Source: Lingula anatina
Taxonomy: Eukaryota > Animalia > Brachiopoda
Reading direction: 5' to 3'
DNA length: 64,000 bases
Assembly: GCA_051362555.1 (NCBI GenBank)
Contig: CM120640.1
Coordinates: 24,848,225-24,912,224, forward strand
The translations under genes and the position numbers were made by a program. Positions 9,968 through 25,200 of this stretch are shown here, one piece after another. The notes under the pieces were generated by a model that worked only from the letters and a program-made list of their open reading frames with translations, searched no databases and had not been told where the DNA came from. Numbering within the stretch: the stretch's first letter is position 1; the number at the start of each line of letters is the position of its first letter.

Positions 9968-10087
9968 CCGGAAGTGACGTGTAGTGGTGTTAGAAGCGAA
10001 GCTGAGTGGTCATTTTAACCTGGAAGTGAACGGGAGAGAAGACGTGTAGTCGGAGGAAAAAGAAGTTTTCTAAACAACCTGGTAAGA
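9968..10087 (+). promoter_or_regulatory. Housekeeping-type promoter and non-coding first exon of an unidentified transcript
   Basis: An overlapping ETS-CRE motif CCGGAAGTGACGT is at 9968, with a second GGAAGTG at ~10022. A strong donor CTG|GTAAGA is at 10081/10082 and CpG-rich sequence extends to ~10420. Confidence 0.55.
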
Positions 10088-12139
10088 TAACTCTCTTTTT
10101 TTACGCATTTTGGGCAGAGAATACTTGTAGAAATAAAAGATGTATGATATGAAAACGTGACACGGAACTTGAAGGTGCAAAATCGTGCTTAATTTGCGGT
10201 CAACTTGTTTTGAAATAAATGCTGCATTGACCGCCAGCGCGACAAAGAGCGTTGAGGGAAAATAATTCCCGGGAGTCTATAAATCGTTGTCATGCGGAAA
10301 TTTGGCATTAATTAGTCTATCGCTCATAGACTTCCAATCTTAGATTGTCGACTGGGGGCGTTGCTGTCGTCACCATCCTGTCAGTTTGGACGCGGGGGTG
10401 TCGTGTGAGAGTGAGACACAGATTTCATTATTTGTATTGTATATACACCTACGTTTGAAATACATTCAGCGTTTTCATACCTTAACTTTTTTGTTTAAAA
10501 AGAAAAAAATCACACATTTACTTCGGAGGGAAGAATCAATGTTAGGCTATAATAGTTTTTGAAGGGAAACCACGCATGCCTCTCCCCTAATTGTGATTGA
10601 CAGTGTCCTTGCATCTTGTTGACATGATATCAACTTGAAGTTTACTAACCTGCCCCAGGCCGTCATTGAACGACCTTGTCCGCGTACACTGGAACACTTA
10701 TCCACAATATACACTGATCCACAATGCACTTTGAAGAAACTTTCATTTCATATCTTGTTTCACAGATGATGACAATAAAGATAAAGTGATAATACATTTT
10801 TGCTATTAATATTTATGTGGAGTTGTCCAGTTTTTTTTGATTGCTTTGATTTTGCAAGGAGAAAGGATAACGAAAAGATAATATGCTTGGTGTGAATTTT
10901 AAATTAAAATGTTTTAGTTACTATTTATAATTGCTTAAATATTTTAACATTTCTTTGATTTGCTTGAAAGAAGATGGCATGCAGCGACCCATAGTTCCCC
11001 TATCCACAGTTCAGCACTGGCATGGTTTAAAAAAACTTCCGCGTGTGTGTTTGTGTGTGTGTGCGTGTGGGGGGGGGGGGGGAGGTAGGGAGGTAGGATG
11101 CCTCACATTTACCAAGAAGTTATAAAGAGTCTCATTATAACTTCTTGCATTTACCAACATCAAGTGGTGAGAGTATTAGCGAGGCAGAAAGTGTTTCAGA
11201 CAGCACATCTGATTAATTATCTATTGTTTATTATACATTTTTTATTCTCATATTTATATATTTTGTATAAAATAACTCTTGCATTGCTTTCTATACAAGG
11301 TCTTTATCACATACATTATCATATATGAAGTACTTTTTAGGTGATTTATTTTCATTGTCATACAGATTATTGGCCATTACTGTTATTATGTGTACTATAT
11401 TTTCATTTAGTTTTTACTTTTACCTTATCATTATTAATTTTGGTACAATTTATACCTTGTTTATTGTATGGTTAATGGAAACATTCCAAATAGGTGTTTA
11501 GAGTGCTTTAACACATGATTTTTTTGTGTTACTGTAACAGCCTTTTGCTTTTAGCATTTTTTACTATTCTATAGGGCTTTGTACAAAATGTGTATTGGTT
11601 AACAATATAATTATTTAGACCAACAAATGCTGGTCTGTGAGAAAAGTTATATAAAATTAATAAATATGCTGATACAAGTTTTTCTAGTTACAAGACTTTT
11701 ATACAGTTAAGTGAAATCAGTGATGGTTTCTGTGAGAAAATATTGTAATACACCACCCCTCCCTCTCTTCTCTAGGATTAAAAAAAACAAACAAACAAAA
11801 AAAAAAAACAATTACTTTCCCATTTACTTGTGCCACATCGCAATTATTTAACCTATAACTCTTTTTTCACCACAAGACAAGTTTCATTAGAAAAAATTAT
11901 TTATGCAATATATATGCTGAAATAACTTGCTCTGATTCATATTAGACTGCATACAGCAGGTAAATCTGGTTACCTCCACCCCCACATATAACTCATTAAA
12001 AATACGATGCCTCAAACGATGCCTCAAACCAAATAATATTTTTTCACACAACAAATATATGCATAAACTTTATAATAGCAAATTATTTAAAAAATTTGAC
12101 GATGGGCACTTTGCCAATGGTTATCTGCACTCATCCTTA

Positions 12140-14240
12140 AATTTTTCACATATCGACATTTTCAAGGTGTGACTTTGAACTTCCATGGGTTTGAAGACCT
12201 TTGCTAGTCTGAATATCCATGATAATTTTATTTCATTATTAAAATTAATTGTCATTATGCATTATGTAATATTGCAACGAAAATGAAGAAACCTCTATTT
12301 TGGACACTGCTTTTATAGTGACCATTAAAGAAAAACCATGTTACTTACTCTTCTTAAAACTTACAGGAAAGAAACACAGGTCTAAAATGCAGCCTGTGTT
12401 GGAAAAGCAATCTAATTGGTTTCTTTTTCTGTTGTACATGTTTGTGAAGTTGTTATCTTTCATATATTGGCATTTTCAATGTGGGACTTGGAACTCCCAT
12501 GGTCATGAAGCCCAGTGGTAATCAAATTTTCTAAGTGACCACGTTATTAATAAAAATAAATGGTGGTAATTATAGTTAATTATTATGTAATATTGCATCA
12601 AAATTGACAAAAAGCCAACTTCCTGCACTGTCATCACAAACGTTATGATAAAAAGCAAACTGTGTTACTTATTATTTTTTTTAGCTTAAAAGAATGATTC
12701 TTAGGATTGACATACAGCTCAAATAAGAAAACCAGCTCTATTGGATTATCATTTTTTATTGAATTAACGCAACTTTTTGTGAAATTCTCATTTTTCTCAT
12801 TCTGGCATTTTCTAAGTATGAACTTGAACTCTCATGGGCCTGCTTTTACTTTCATCGGTATTACCTGTTTTGCATAATTTAAATTTGATGTTGACTTTGC
12901 AGTTAAGCGTAATATATTATTGCATCAGAATTGACAGCATCCTATTTTGTGCATTATTACTTTGTGCTTTTCTTAAGATGTGACTTATGGGCCTGAAAGA
13001 CCTTTGAGAGGGTCAGTCTGTAAATTTCCCTTGGGTATCACTAAGCTAAGTTCAGAGTTATAAAGTCATTTGCCTAATTAATAGGTTATTAAATGAGATT
13101 ACATAAAGCACAGTTGTTGATATTTCCCTGTAAACTCCCAAAGATTATGCCAGTCTGCTAGATTAATAATAAGGAAGCAGTGATAATTATGCAGGTAAAT
13201 TTTGCAATATCTCTGGATCCACTCCTGTTATTGACCATGTTACCTGTTGTGCATTATAAAATTCAGTGTTGACTGACAGTGCTATTATAAGCATTATTTA
13301 TTATTGCATCAAAATTGACAAAATGACCTATTTTGCATCTTTATTTTCTGTTTTTTGTCTGTACATTTGACAGCTTTGCTGCCTTGTATTTTATTAATAA
13401 AAATTGATGGTCATAATGCTGTTAAGTATTATGTAATATTGCATCAAAATTGAAGAAAGCCCTATTTTGGGCATTGCCTCCATAGTGACCATTAAAGGAA
13501 AACCATATCACTTACTCTTCTCACACTTACAGGAAAGAAATATAGGACTAAAATACAACTTCATTTGGAAAATCTGTCTCATTGGTTATTATTATTATTA
13601 TTATTATTTTTTGTAAATTATACAGCTTTTAGTGAAAATTTCATTTTTCACATATCGCCATTTTCAAGGGGGGACTTTGAACTTCCATTGGTTTACAGTC
13701 ACATTTCCTTAATATCCATGATACTTCCATTTCATTATTAAAATTAATATTTCATCACTTACTCTTCTCACAATTACAGGAAAGAAAGAGGACTAAAATA
13801 CAGCTTCAATTGGAAAAACCTGTTTTATTGGTAAACTCTTCTGAAAATTATAGGGTTTTTTTTTTTTTCAGATTTATATGAAAAAACTGTGTTACTTATT
13901 ATTTTTTCAACTTACAAGAATGATTCTTAGGATTGACATACAGCTTAAATTAGAAAACCAGCTCTATTGGATTATCATTTTTTATTGAATTAACGCAATT
14001 TTTTGTAAAATTTTCATTTATCTAATTCTGGCATTTTCTAAGTGTGAACTTGAACTCTCATGGGCCTGAAGCCTTATGCTTTTACTTTCATCAGTATTAC
14101 CTGTTGTGCATAATTAAAATTTGATGTTGACTGTGCAGTTAAGCATAATGTATTATTGCATCAGAATTGACAGTATCCTATTTTGTGCATTATTATCTTC
14201 TGCTTTTTGTCTATACATTTGACAGCTTTGCTGCCTTGTT
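12140..14240. repeat. Diverged tandem repeat cluster (~320-340 bp modules)
   Basis: GGCATTTTC..G.G.GAC.TTGAACT..CATGG recurs near 12155, 12469, 12804, 13658 and 14030. ATATTGCATCAAAATTGA recurs near 12270, 12590, 12915, 13300, 13436 and 14152. 12660-12960 is highly similar to 13887-14195. Confidence 0.85.
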
Positions 14241-16202
14241 TTGTCTTTTTGTTTAGATTTTACCTAACCAATTTAGATCAGTTCAGAAAAATTGAAAAAA
14301 AAAAAAAATGCTCTTCATGCCAACAACTAAAAACTGACCACATTCCCATGCAAGATGATAAAAATTCTTACATATTTTCATTATTTTGAAAATGGGATGT
14401 GGACCATCTTTTTCAGATTTTAAAACCTGTCCTTGGTAAAATGTTATTTTTTAAAATGAATGCTACATTATCATCAATTTAGAATACAGCAGATGCTGGC
14501 TTACCATTTGGTAGCTACAGATCGTCTTAAAGACTTTTTACTGTACATTAGATATTCTTTCACTTTCTTAAAAAGTATACTGAACAAAGTGGATGCCATT
14601 TACAGAGACAGGCCATTTATTGCTTCATTATTATTATAGTTTAGCAATGTGTTTGTTGATAACAGGTGGTTTCGTACTTCTCAAATTACCTCCCCCTTTC
14701 AGTTTAAAATCAGCACCCATGAAACTTGGGTACCAGATTAACATTATTAAAGAATATAGCAATAAGCATTTCTTTCTCATATGATAACCGTAATATATGA
14801 CATACCCTCAATGTACACAGAATGGTCAATAAGACAGTACATATTAAACAGTAAAAACCTCACAACTTTTTCGATTTCTTAAATATTAAAGTAAAAATTA
14901 AAGTAAAAATTCAGAGAGGCCAGGGCTGCCCCTGACTCGAAATTGTAATATGTCACCCACTTTCAGGTGTGCAATAAGAAGTAAAAAAAATTCGATGGAT
15001 GAAAAAAGATGGACAGGGCATAAAATCACTTCAAGCCAGTGAAAAATGCAGTAACTGAAACCAGGAGACCAAAATAATGACGTTTCTGAAGACTGACGAT
15101 ATAATAAGAAAGATTAAATCTGTACTTCAAAATAAATGTTAAATAAGGACGGCATGATGACTAACTGATTTTTAAAAGGGGTGCTGCTGATAAATGCACC
15201 AAAAAATCTACAAAAATAATGAACATATTTTAATTCCAATTCACATCCAAAACAGTTGTAGTAATAAGTAAAATTTTATGAATAAGTAAATTTTCAGTTT
15301 TGAATAGATTTTGCAATGTAAATGATTTCACCACTGTAAAAATTACAATAAAAAAAATAACAGTCCCTTTGGTTTGGAAGTCTGATTATCATATGGCTAC
15401 TTTTCTATAAAATTGGCACCCTTAATAGTATGTGTTTTGATATAACCTCTAAAACGTTCACACAATAAGTATCTTATATATATATTTATCAAAACAAAAG
15501 TGATATTAACATAATAAATATCACAACCTTTTTCACTGATGTTACATGTACAACTGATGCATACATACATACATGCATGTAGTATATCAACAAAGATAAA
15601 TAAACTGGTATAAATGTCCTAAATTCAACATGTTCATGACTTAGCATGTCTTTTAAGGCTGTGTTTTAATAACATTTAAAGACAGTTGCCATAAGCAATA
15701 CATGATATATATCACCTAATTCTGCAATACTCCCACAATAGTATCCTACTCTAAAAATATCTTAATGTTAATGTCAATTTGAGACAAAACATATTTATGT
15801 TATGTATTTATATGTGAAATGTACTAAAATAATGATTAGAATATCTGGACTGCTATATATGTAATGCAGTGTCTTTTTGCTGCTCATATTGTGTATTCAC
15901 CTCAAACCTAAAACATGTCAACAATCATGATACATAATCACACACACATATATATATAAAAAATATTGGATTTCTTTCCTTTTTTATCAAGGCATTTAGA
16001 AAGTTTAATCAAAAAGGATTCTTATAAATGTCTATTCAGTACATCATAATAGGACATGATCTGTTTTATCTTTCAATTGCACTTGTCTTGTGAGGCTGTG
16101 TCCTGTTGAGTTGTCGCATGTGATCACAAGCAGTTCCAAACAAGTAGAACTGGTACTGGGTGAATCATCCTTTAGCGTTACACTGTACTGTTTTCATTTG
16201 CT

Positions 16203-19200
16203 TCAGGCATCAGTTGAAGGCATCCTATCAATATTCTGAAAAGAATATTGACATTGACAATGTTGCAGATCTGGTAACAGCTTCACGTATATTGGGTGGA
16301 TTAAAATAATGTCCTGGATTTCAAATCTTTACTTCTCAATGTCTATTTAAAATAATCGGATGATGTTTCATCAGAAATGAGAAACGAACTTCTCCATAGT
16401 ATTCCTGTGACAACAAATGGAACTGAACTAACACTATGGCAATCAATACAAAAGCCATCTTCCAAAAATTATAAGTTGTGAGGATTCATTGATAGTAGTA
16501 CACTGTATCTTAGAAAATTTTCTTTGCAATGGTATACTGCTCTATCTCTTCAGTAAATAAATACGTTTTCTAATAAGACCCTTTAATTAGTAACTCATCA
16601 AGAACTATGTAGTTACTTTCTCCTCTAAGGCAGATATCTGACACTAAGCATTTCTTACCAAAACGGTCTGTCTTATCCTGATATCAGGCATCCTTTGGTC
16701 ATCTTCTCCTTGCTGGGGAGGGTCAGTGTACTCTGTAGATACCTCTATCAATGGCTCCTTGGAACTTATGAATGGTCCATGTGTACTGGCTGGAAGGTGA
16801 GAAATAATTCAAGTCAAAATGCATAAAGATGGAGCAGTTTGGTTGATGTGGTTCGTGAAGTCTCACAATATGGCAAGTTTGAGGAAAGAAAGCTGTGTTA
16901 CCGATATGATGAAAATTTCCTGAGTTTTCAAAATTTGATAATATATCATACAGACCTCTTGATTGTGTGCCATCTGCATCTTCAACATTGGGAATTTCTC
17001 CAGCTTTCATCTGCCGTCTTAACTTTTTCAATTCCTTGCGTCTTCTCCTCTCTTCTGTTTGCCTGTAACACAAATTAAAATGTTCAGATAATGTATTCAT
17101 GAACAAATTAAATGTGTAAAACACCACAGTCAATTGTCATCTGCATTTTAAAGGCAAAGAGGGAAAATCATTTGCCCTTGATACCCAATAAAACAGATTT
17201 TATCCCTGCTTTTGATAAATCATATAAATACTAAATATCAATTCAACCATAATTCTTTATTTAAACAAAACACTGTTTCCAATTGCTCTTTTTCAATTTT
17301 AATTCAAATCCTTATTCATCATCCACAACCACCTTTTGTCATAATAATCCTGTGTGTGTGATCTTAGAGAATTTTTATCTATGAAGGAATGGGGCATATT
17401 TGAGTTGTATGATGGTTTACACAAACCTTTTTTCATCTTGATTAAAAAATAAGCCCCCATGCCCTGCCATAAGTAATTAAAATGATCATAAAGTATTTTG
17501 TGCAACTTTTCTGTGAAATAACAATTTTGACAGAAAGTAATATCATTGGAGCACTCACTCTTGCTGGAGGTTGTCCATCTCTGGCAGTGAAGACATCCTA
17601 AGCCCAGGTCTAGCCTCAAGAGGAGGAAGGTGGGAACTTGGGCGAGGAGAAATGCCTGGAAATGGATAATGTAAGAATAAATTAATAAAAAAAGTTTTTT
17701 TTTTTTTAAATCTTATTTTGCACGGATGTTATTAATATTTGTGCTAAATACTTTGTTCCTTATTTGACCATTGATAATCTAAAACTGTAACATTTTGGTG
17801 ATGAATTTTTAAATGTCAATCCTAAATCATTGTGAAAAAGTGGTCAAAACTAATATAATTAAAGTCACAAGGAAAATATAAAAAATCTCAACCATAACCT
17901 GGTCCAACTTGGTGTGCTACAATGTTCTGTAACAGGTTTGTTATAGTTGTGATGTCCTGCTTGAATCTGTCCATCATGTCATCCTGGCGGTCACGGATCC
18001 CTCGTATCTCTTCTCTTAAAGTGTCAACTTCATTCTCAAACTTTTCCAATGAGACACAACTCCTTGTATTTTCATCATAGGTGTTGGGATTTCCATAATC
18101 ATTGCCTCCTCCTTTCTTGGATAGGAGGGAGTCAATACCATCCTAGAAATGTAGCAAAAACACATGTAAGTCAGCTTCATAAAAATGAACCTGGCTACAA
18201 AACACTGCTTATAAATCATGGAGACTGAACCTGGTCTATTCTATAGAAGTCATTTCCATAAAACCCTTTTCACATGAAAAATATTATTACTAATAACATT
18301 GCATTAAAAATAATTCAAAAGCACTGTTTGAACATAGTTCCTGCTACAACCATAAAATATACCAAATGTGGATTGAAACTTAGTCGAAGAAGAAAGCTAT
18401 AACCACAGGTTTAGCCATACAGTTTCCTTTCAGAGTGTAAGTTTTGTGTCTAGTTGGAGCAATCACCAGAACTGTTATACTATGAAAGAACAATAAGAAT
18501 AAGATAGAGCACCCCTCTGGCACCAGGTTTTCCGCCACCACCACCATTACTGCCCCAATAACCTCCACCATGGCCCCCATTATTATTCTCCCACTGTTCT
18601 TGCATGTCGTCCAGTTGTTCCTAGAGTTGGAATAGCATTTATTATTCTGTGAGAACATACATTTAGAGCCAAGCTGGTAGCCCCAAGAAAAAGTCTTTAG
18701 CAACACTCTCAGGGGAAATGCCATAGGCAGTAGAAAGGTGCGTATATCTGGCATAACAAGATTACAAAACTGAAAAAGGAATGTTTACTATGTTTTGATG
18801 TTGCAGTAGCACAAATCTCAAGATTTATCCAGTCTAGGTATAAATTTTCACCCATGAAATACTGAAATCACTCAAATTATATACTCAGATATCACTGAGA
18901 TTAAACACACACACAGGGATGTCATTTTGTAAATGAACTGATCATGAGTAAACCGGCCATTTCACTGCTTTAAATGGCAGCACATCTGGATACCTTGATT
19001 TGTATGGTAACTTTCTTGAGATCTTCCTCCCCATCAGTTGCTGTCAAATCATCATCATAATATGTTTCTTCAACCCCATTTAATTCCTCATGGATGTATC
19101 TACGGAATTTCTCCCTTCTTTTATTTGACATTCCTTCTTCTGCAGTCAGAATGTGAATGGCTTTCTGCATCACAGCATTGGCATGGGCATTGTCGTAAAC

Positions 19201-22200
19201 TCTGTGAAGATCAATGAGACCAATATGAAAAATAAAGTGGTGCTTGCACTTAATCTGAAGACAAATACATCCACAAACACACACAGCCACATGCCCATTT
19301 TTGCATACTTAAGTAGGAGAAGTCTGATTCAACTGTATAGAATAACTATGGATTTGCATTTGCTACATGAAGCAAGCATAAATCAAATGGACTCAAAAGA
19401 ATACAAACATGTAATTTTACACCTGACTTATATTTTCTGCCTAAAAAACAGCATGACACAGTACCTTTGGAAAGTATCTGATAGCAATGCAATGAAAAGA
19501 TTCAAGCACAAGATGGCTGATAAAGCCATCCAAGCTGCCACCATAATATCAGCAAACATAAAATCAGCCTTTCTCATTCCCTGAAAGAGACAGAAGAAAT
19601 ACATTCATGACTTTTTAAAAATTTACCTCAATTCACCATACAGTAATAGAACATGCAGTTGCTTTAATTATGAACTGAGGCATAATTTACTTCAATTTTA
19701 CTTCAACACCCAAGCAGCACTTTTTGATTTGAAGCAAAGTATATCACTCTTAAAACTTTAATATTTACCTCATAGTCATAATCATCCACCATAGAAAGAC
19801 GGAACATGCTGAATATAAGCTCTCCCACATCCTGAAAGCCTGTTGCTTGGACAGTGAGGTTGCCATATGGGTTGGGAAACAGTGTACTATCATCTATGAC
19901 TTTTGTCCCACCAAACAACATCCAGTATGCACAAGCTGTAGTGAGAGAGAGAGAGAGAGAGAGAGAATTACTGGAACCATGAGGTTTTTAAACAATGTCC
20001 ATGATCAAAGTCAAGAAAGTAAGATGAGAAATCTTTCTGCGTCATTCGTATAACACGGGAGTTCCAGCATTTACGTAATGTTATCATAATACAAGAAAAC
20101 AGAGCCTGAGATAATCAAGTGGTATACTTACAGAAAGGGATGTAGAACTCCAAGTACAGGAACAGAAATTTGATGACATCCCCCAAAATGTGACCCAACA
20201 TAACAATAAAGGGACCTAAAATTTAAAAAAATCACCAATAATGGTAATTTTTTAACCCGACTTTCAACTGCAATGTGCAAGCATTGGTCTGTAATGACTA
20301 CAGGGATTTCCACACTCATGTGGAACAAATGTATATTATGACTCAAGTATCTACCCAAGCATATTTACAGATAAAAAATTTATAGTCTGGGGAATTAATT
20401 TCGGTTTACTTAGTTTACTTTCAAGATTCCACATTCTACATAGATCGATCCAATTCCATGGATTAACAGATTAACATGCCTCCTCCTGGCATTGAGTAGA
20501 ATAAAGAAAAGCTGGTGATTATACAAATACATTGGAGACAAGAGGAGGTGTGTTAATTTGATCATCGGGAGTCGCTGTGGAGTTTGATCTACATGAAACA
20601 ATGGTTTCATGGGAATGAGCCCTTAGATAAAACTGACACAGTGGTACTTACCCAGCAATGAGAAAGCCTTGGCACTCTTCATCAGACGTAGCCAAATAAT
20701 AATGATGGACAAAGCATTGATCCGTACCTGCCAGCGAGACAGCATTGCGGTATGGGCAAATACATCCACAAGGTGAATTATAATAGAAATCAGGAGGGAA
20801 AAGTAACAAATCCAGTCAAACACATTCCTGAAACATGAAAATAAAATGAATGGGATATATACATATATTTTTATATCAAAGACAAACTTATACATACACA
20901 TACGGTTTGTTATTAGGTTATTATAAATGGTTTTACAAAAATCGGTTAGGACATTTCAAGGTGCTGACAACTTTTGTGGAATAAATGTCATTTAATTCAC
21001 ATGATCCTGACCTGGAAATATCGTATGTGCCTAGACATACTGACATACTTGTGTTTGCATGTGTGTGTGTGTGTGTGTGTGTGTGCGTGCACAATTTTAC
21101 CAAAAATTACTCCAATAATTTGCCTTCTGCTCATCTAAGTTTTCCATTTCTTTCTCCAAGTATTCTTTTTCCTCTGGCCAACGTGGATGACAAAAGTTGT
21201 CTATTTCTTTCTGTAGATCATCTTCTCTCCAACTTTTCCATTGCTGATAAAATAACAAATATCACTTTTAGTTTATTAAACATATGAATACCCATTAGAT
21301 CAAAGTGAAGGATGCCATATTTACCTCATCTGTAAAATAATTAATATAAAACTAAAAAGTTTTGCAGAGAGAGGTTTGTGTGAAAAGACAAGCCACAAAA
21401 GATTTTGAAAAATACATTTGTACATGCACTGTAATATATGACTCAATCGTTTCAGTGGGTACAATTATCAATCTTTCTGATACATACTTGAATAATCATA
21501 AAAAAATTATATTTCTATATAGTATTTGTATTGTTTTTACTCCATAGAATAGAGCTGCCTGCCTGCTTTTCAATTTCGTTGCTATCACTCAACAGGAATG
21601 TTGTATTTTAAGAAATTATGACCTAAAAGAAATTGTCTATAAAATTCACATTGGAAAGATTTTCCCATTACCAAACATATTTCCCATTAGCAATGAATCT
21701 CTGACTGCACTGACTGCAGAGTGTAGATGTAAATAGTGTAAAGTGCAGACTACTACAACTATTAGTGGGACATTAGTTTATAGCAAAGTTTCTTTGCTAC
21801 AATATTGTATGTAACCAAAACTGGATACCTGAAACTCTTTATTAGATCCATAGATTTCTCGCATTTCTTCTGCTATCTGTTGTATCCATAAGAGTACACC
21901 AACACACTGAAACCAATTAGATACTACATTAAAACAAATAGAAAACTTCCTTAAAGAGAACTCTTTCCTATTAAGTACTCCCCTTATGTCATTTGGAAAA
22001 GATTGTCAGCTTTATTAAATATATAAATTTAGTATGGTACAAATGTAAAAAGCAATGTTTACTAAAATTTAATTTTTCATATAAAGTGCAAATTGAAATA
22101 ACTATCCAAGACAAGTTTTCCTGTTTTCAATCTAAGTCACAATAATTACTTTTCTCATAATATATTCAACTAAAATAAATTTTGATCATGTTTTTGATAT

Positions 22201-25200
22201 CCAACATACCACTCTGGCCATTATAAAATTCTTGAACTTTTACAACTAAATTGTAATAAAATTCTATGATAACCAATCACAAAACATACTAATCACCTAC
22301 TTTATCTTTATCAATCATATACTTACATAAAGCAAAATTCTCCACCACTGGTCTGGCAGATTGTATATGTAGGAATTCTCTCCATTAATAATACCAATAG
22401 CAGTCCACACTATGATAAACACCAGGTTGACAAGAGTGTTGAAGACTGCAGAGGTCCTGAATGAAAAGAAAACATTTTTAATGATGCAACTTTGTTGGTC
22501 TGATGCTTTCAGCTGAACCTTCCAACTTCATATGATCAAATATTGTTAATGAAAAAATATCGCTGGAATATCCATGAAAACAGAATATAATTATCTGTAT
22601 CATTGACTGACCTTCCAAACTTTCTCCACTTTATAGCAATAAGCCTCTGCATGACTGGATGCATGAGGATGTCATATTGGCGGTACTTCACAGCAACCTG
22701 CATCTGCAAGGAAAAACAAACACTTGTCACATTGCTGCAATTAAGACACCACACAATGACAAAATTTAAAAATTATTAAATGTCTAATTTATTAAATGAA
22801 CCAGGATACATATTTGTCTTGAAATATCAAAGAAGTAACTGTGCACTGAATCTTAATCAAGCATTTTAAAGCTTTACTTACTGCAGTCATTGGATAGCCT
22901 TTTGTCTCGGTGCCTGAAATAAAGACAAAACTAATAAAGGAGTTGAATTGTTATTTTATCTGTTCCAACACTAAGATGTGGTTCAGATTCCCCTTAATAA
23001 TATATATGTTTACTTTAGTTTCATATTGTCAATTGTAAAATATACATATCCATAGCAAGTATAACAGAAAAATACATGAAATTCAATATGAATGAAAACA
23101 GAAAATCAAGGATTGAATGATCATTAAATACCATTTCTTAAAACATTAACTGCACACATAAAAACGAGTGAATCATGACACTGAAGGCTTTAATTACCCA
23201 TGCATCTATAAGTATTAAGTCAACAGCAACACTCTAGTGAAACCTCAACCAAGCACCTCAACCAATTCCATAAGATACATGTTCAAGATGGTATATACCA
23301 GTAGTGAGTATTTGTGTTAAAAGGTTTTAGTATGTGCAAGTTGCAGCATTTGCTTAAGTGTGGGAGTTATCCCATTAGTTTTTCTCTAATATTCTGCATT
23401 AAATAATCTATGTTAGTCTTATTCTAGTACTCTGCATTAAAAATATCCGTGTTTACAATGCAAAATGTTAATGTCCATTTAGTACTACTAAATAAAAACA
23501 TGTTAAAGAAAACAAAATTTTGCATGGACTGTCTCCTAGCTGATTATGTAATCCAAAAAAATACAGTTTTCCTCCCAATATTGATTAATAGGAAAGTAAT
23601 ATAACAAACAAGTTCCCATGTTGCTAAATCTCCACTATTGTGTTCCATATATCTAATAGCTGGTAAGATCCTGTCACCACAATAGAAAGTCAGTGACAAT
23701 CTATACTAAAGTTGCACAGTTTGACAACACAAGATACAGGTTGTTAACATAAAACCAAATTTACCTGTGTCTTTTACATCATGGTCTGTGAAGGGTAAAA
23801 GAATCATGTTCATAAAGCTATGGTTCAGTATGCAAGTCATGCAGTTAACCCAGCACAATATTATCTATCATTATAATCTAATACTACAAATATTAAAAGA
23901 TCTCAAAGCATTTACATAAGACATGGTAAATATAGCAACAAAACTGTGATCTTTTAAAGAAGGCCAGGACAACCAAATAGAACATTTAAGTGCATTACTC
24001 TAACAGCTACATGAGAGTCTTCTGTGTTATACATTTGGTGGTATTACATCTAAATGTTCACCCACTTCTCCTGTGAATGCATTGACAAGAAAATCCCTTC
24101 AATTTTGTTTGAGACCATGAAAGGTAGGCAAATATGACCTCCTGCCAACCAAGAGCCCTAAATTTAGCCTTGGCTCCACTCTTTTTGAAATAATTTTCTA
24201 TGATGACATAAAAGTGGTCACACTGGCTGGGGAACACACAGAGGCCATTTTCATGGCTTTTGAACAGTAAGGGCTAAAATTCCACTTTTACATGTATCCC
24301 TTTTTTACAATCTAATATCCAGAACATTATTTTAAAAAACCTAATATCTAGAACCTATGTAAATTTAGGTAAGCTTAAAGCATTCTTGGGCTTTGAAATA
24401 TTCTGTAGATTTTTATGTCTATAGTGCAATCTGAAGATTCTAGCATTTGAACTCTAAATCTTAACTTTCAAATCATGCAGAGAAGTTCCCAAACTCCCAA
24501 ATGACCAGTACATATAGTTTATTGTTATCTTTCCTGACTCTAAGACCAAACTCCCCCTCAGTCATTGGAAATCAACCTTGAAGTTCTTATATATACAAGA
24601 AATGGACTAGCCATGCAACTTGATTTCACATTAATTATAATAGCTTTCATTACAAAAGATAAAAAAAAAAGAATACAAGGCAAATGAACAAAATTTTCTG
24701 AAGGCATTATATGCTGTAAGAATGTTATGTAAAATTAAATAGCATGTTTTTGAAGCACTAGGCAAATTTTTTTAATTAAATAAGGGAGCAAATCTGTTAA
24801 TACAGGATTTCCTTCTATAAACTTTGTATAAGCATGTTTTTGAAGCACTAGGCAAATTTTTTAAATTAAACAAGGGAGCAAATCTGTTAATACAGGATTT
24901 CCCTCTGTAAACTTGCAAATATCATGACAGTAGCAAGACAAGTTTAAAAACAGACCAGGAAAATGTTTGTAACATTTCACACTCATATATAATTACCTGG
25001 TTTCCTGGGCTCAAGATGTTTAAGATAATAATATTGTTTCCTATTAGCTCGATCCTTCACATGAAACTGGTCCAGAGCAACTTTAGCCTAAAAAAAGTTA
25101 GCATTCTTGAAAATTGCAATTTTAAATAACACTGATTAAGTAAAGAAAGTACAAATCATTGCAAAATTGTGTAAAATGATTATGAGAAATATATCCTATC

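Noticed and set aside
15153-15190. C-box (ATGATGA) and D-box (CTGA) pair
   Set aside because: The span is only ~40 nt, with no terminal stem or recognisable guide, so it is too short for a C/D snoRNA.
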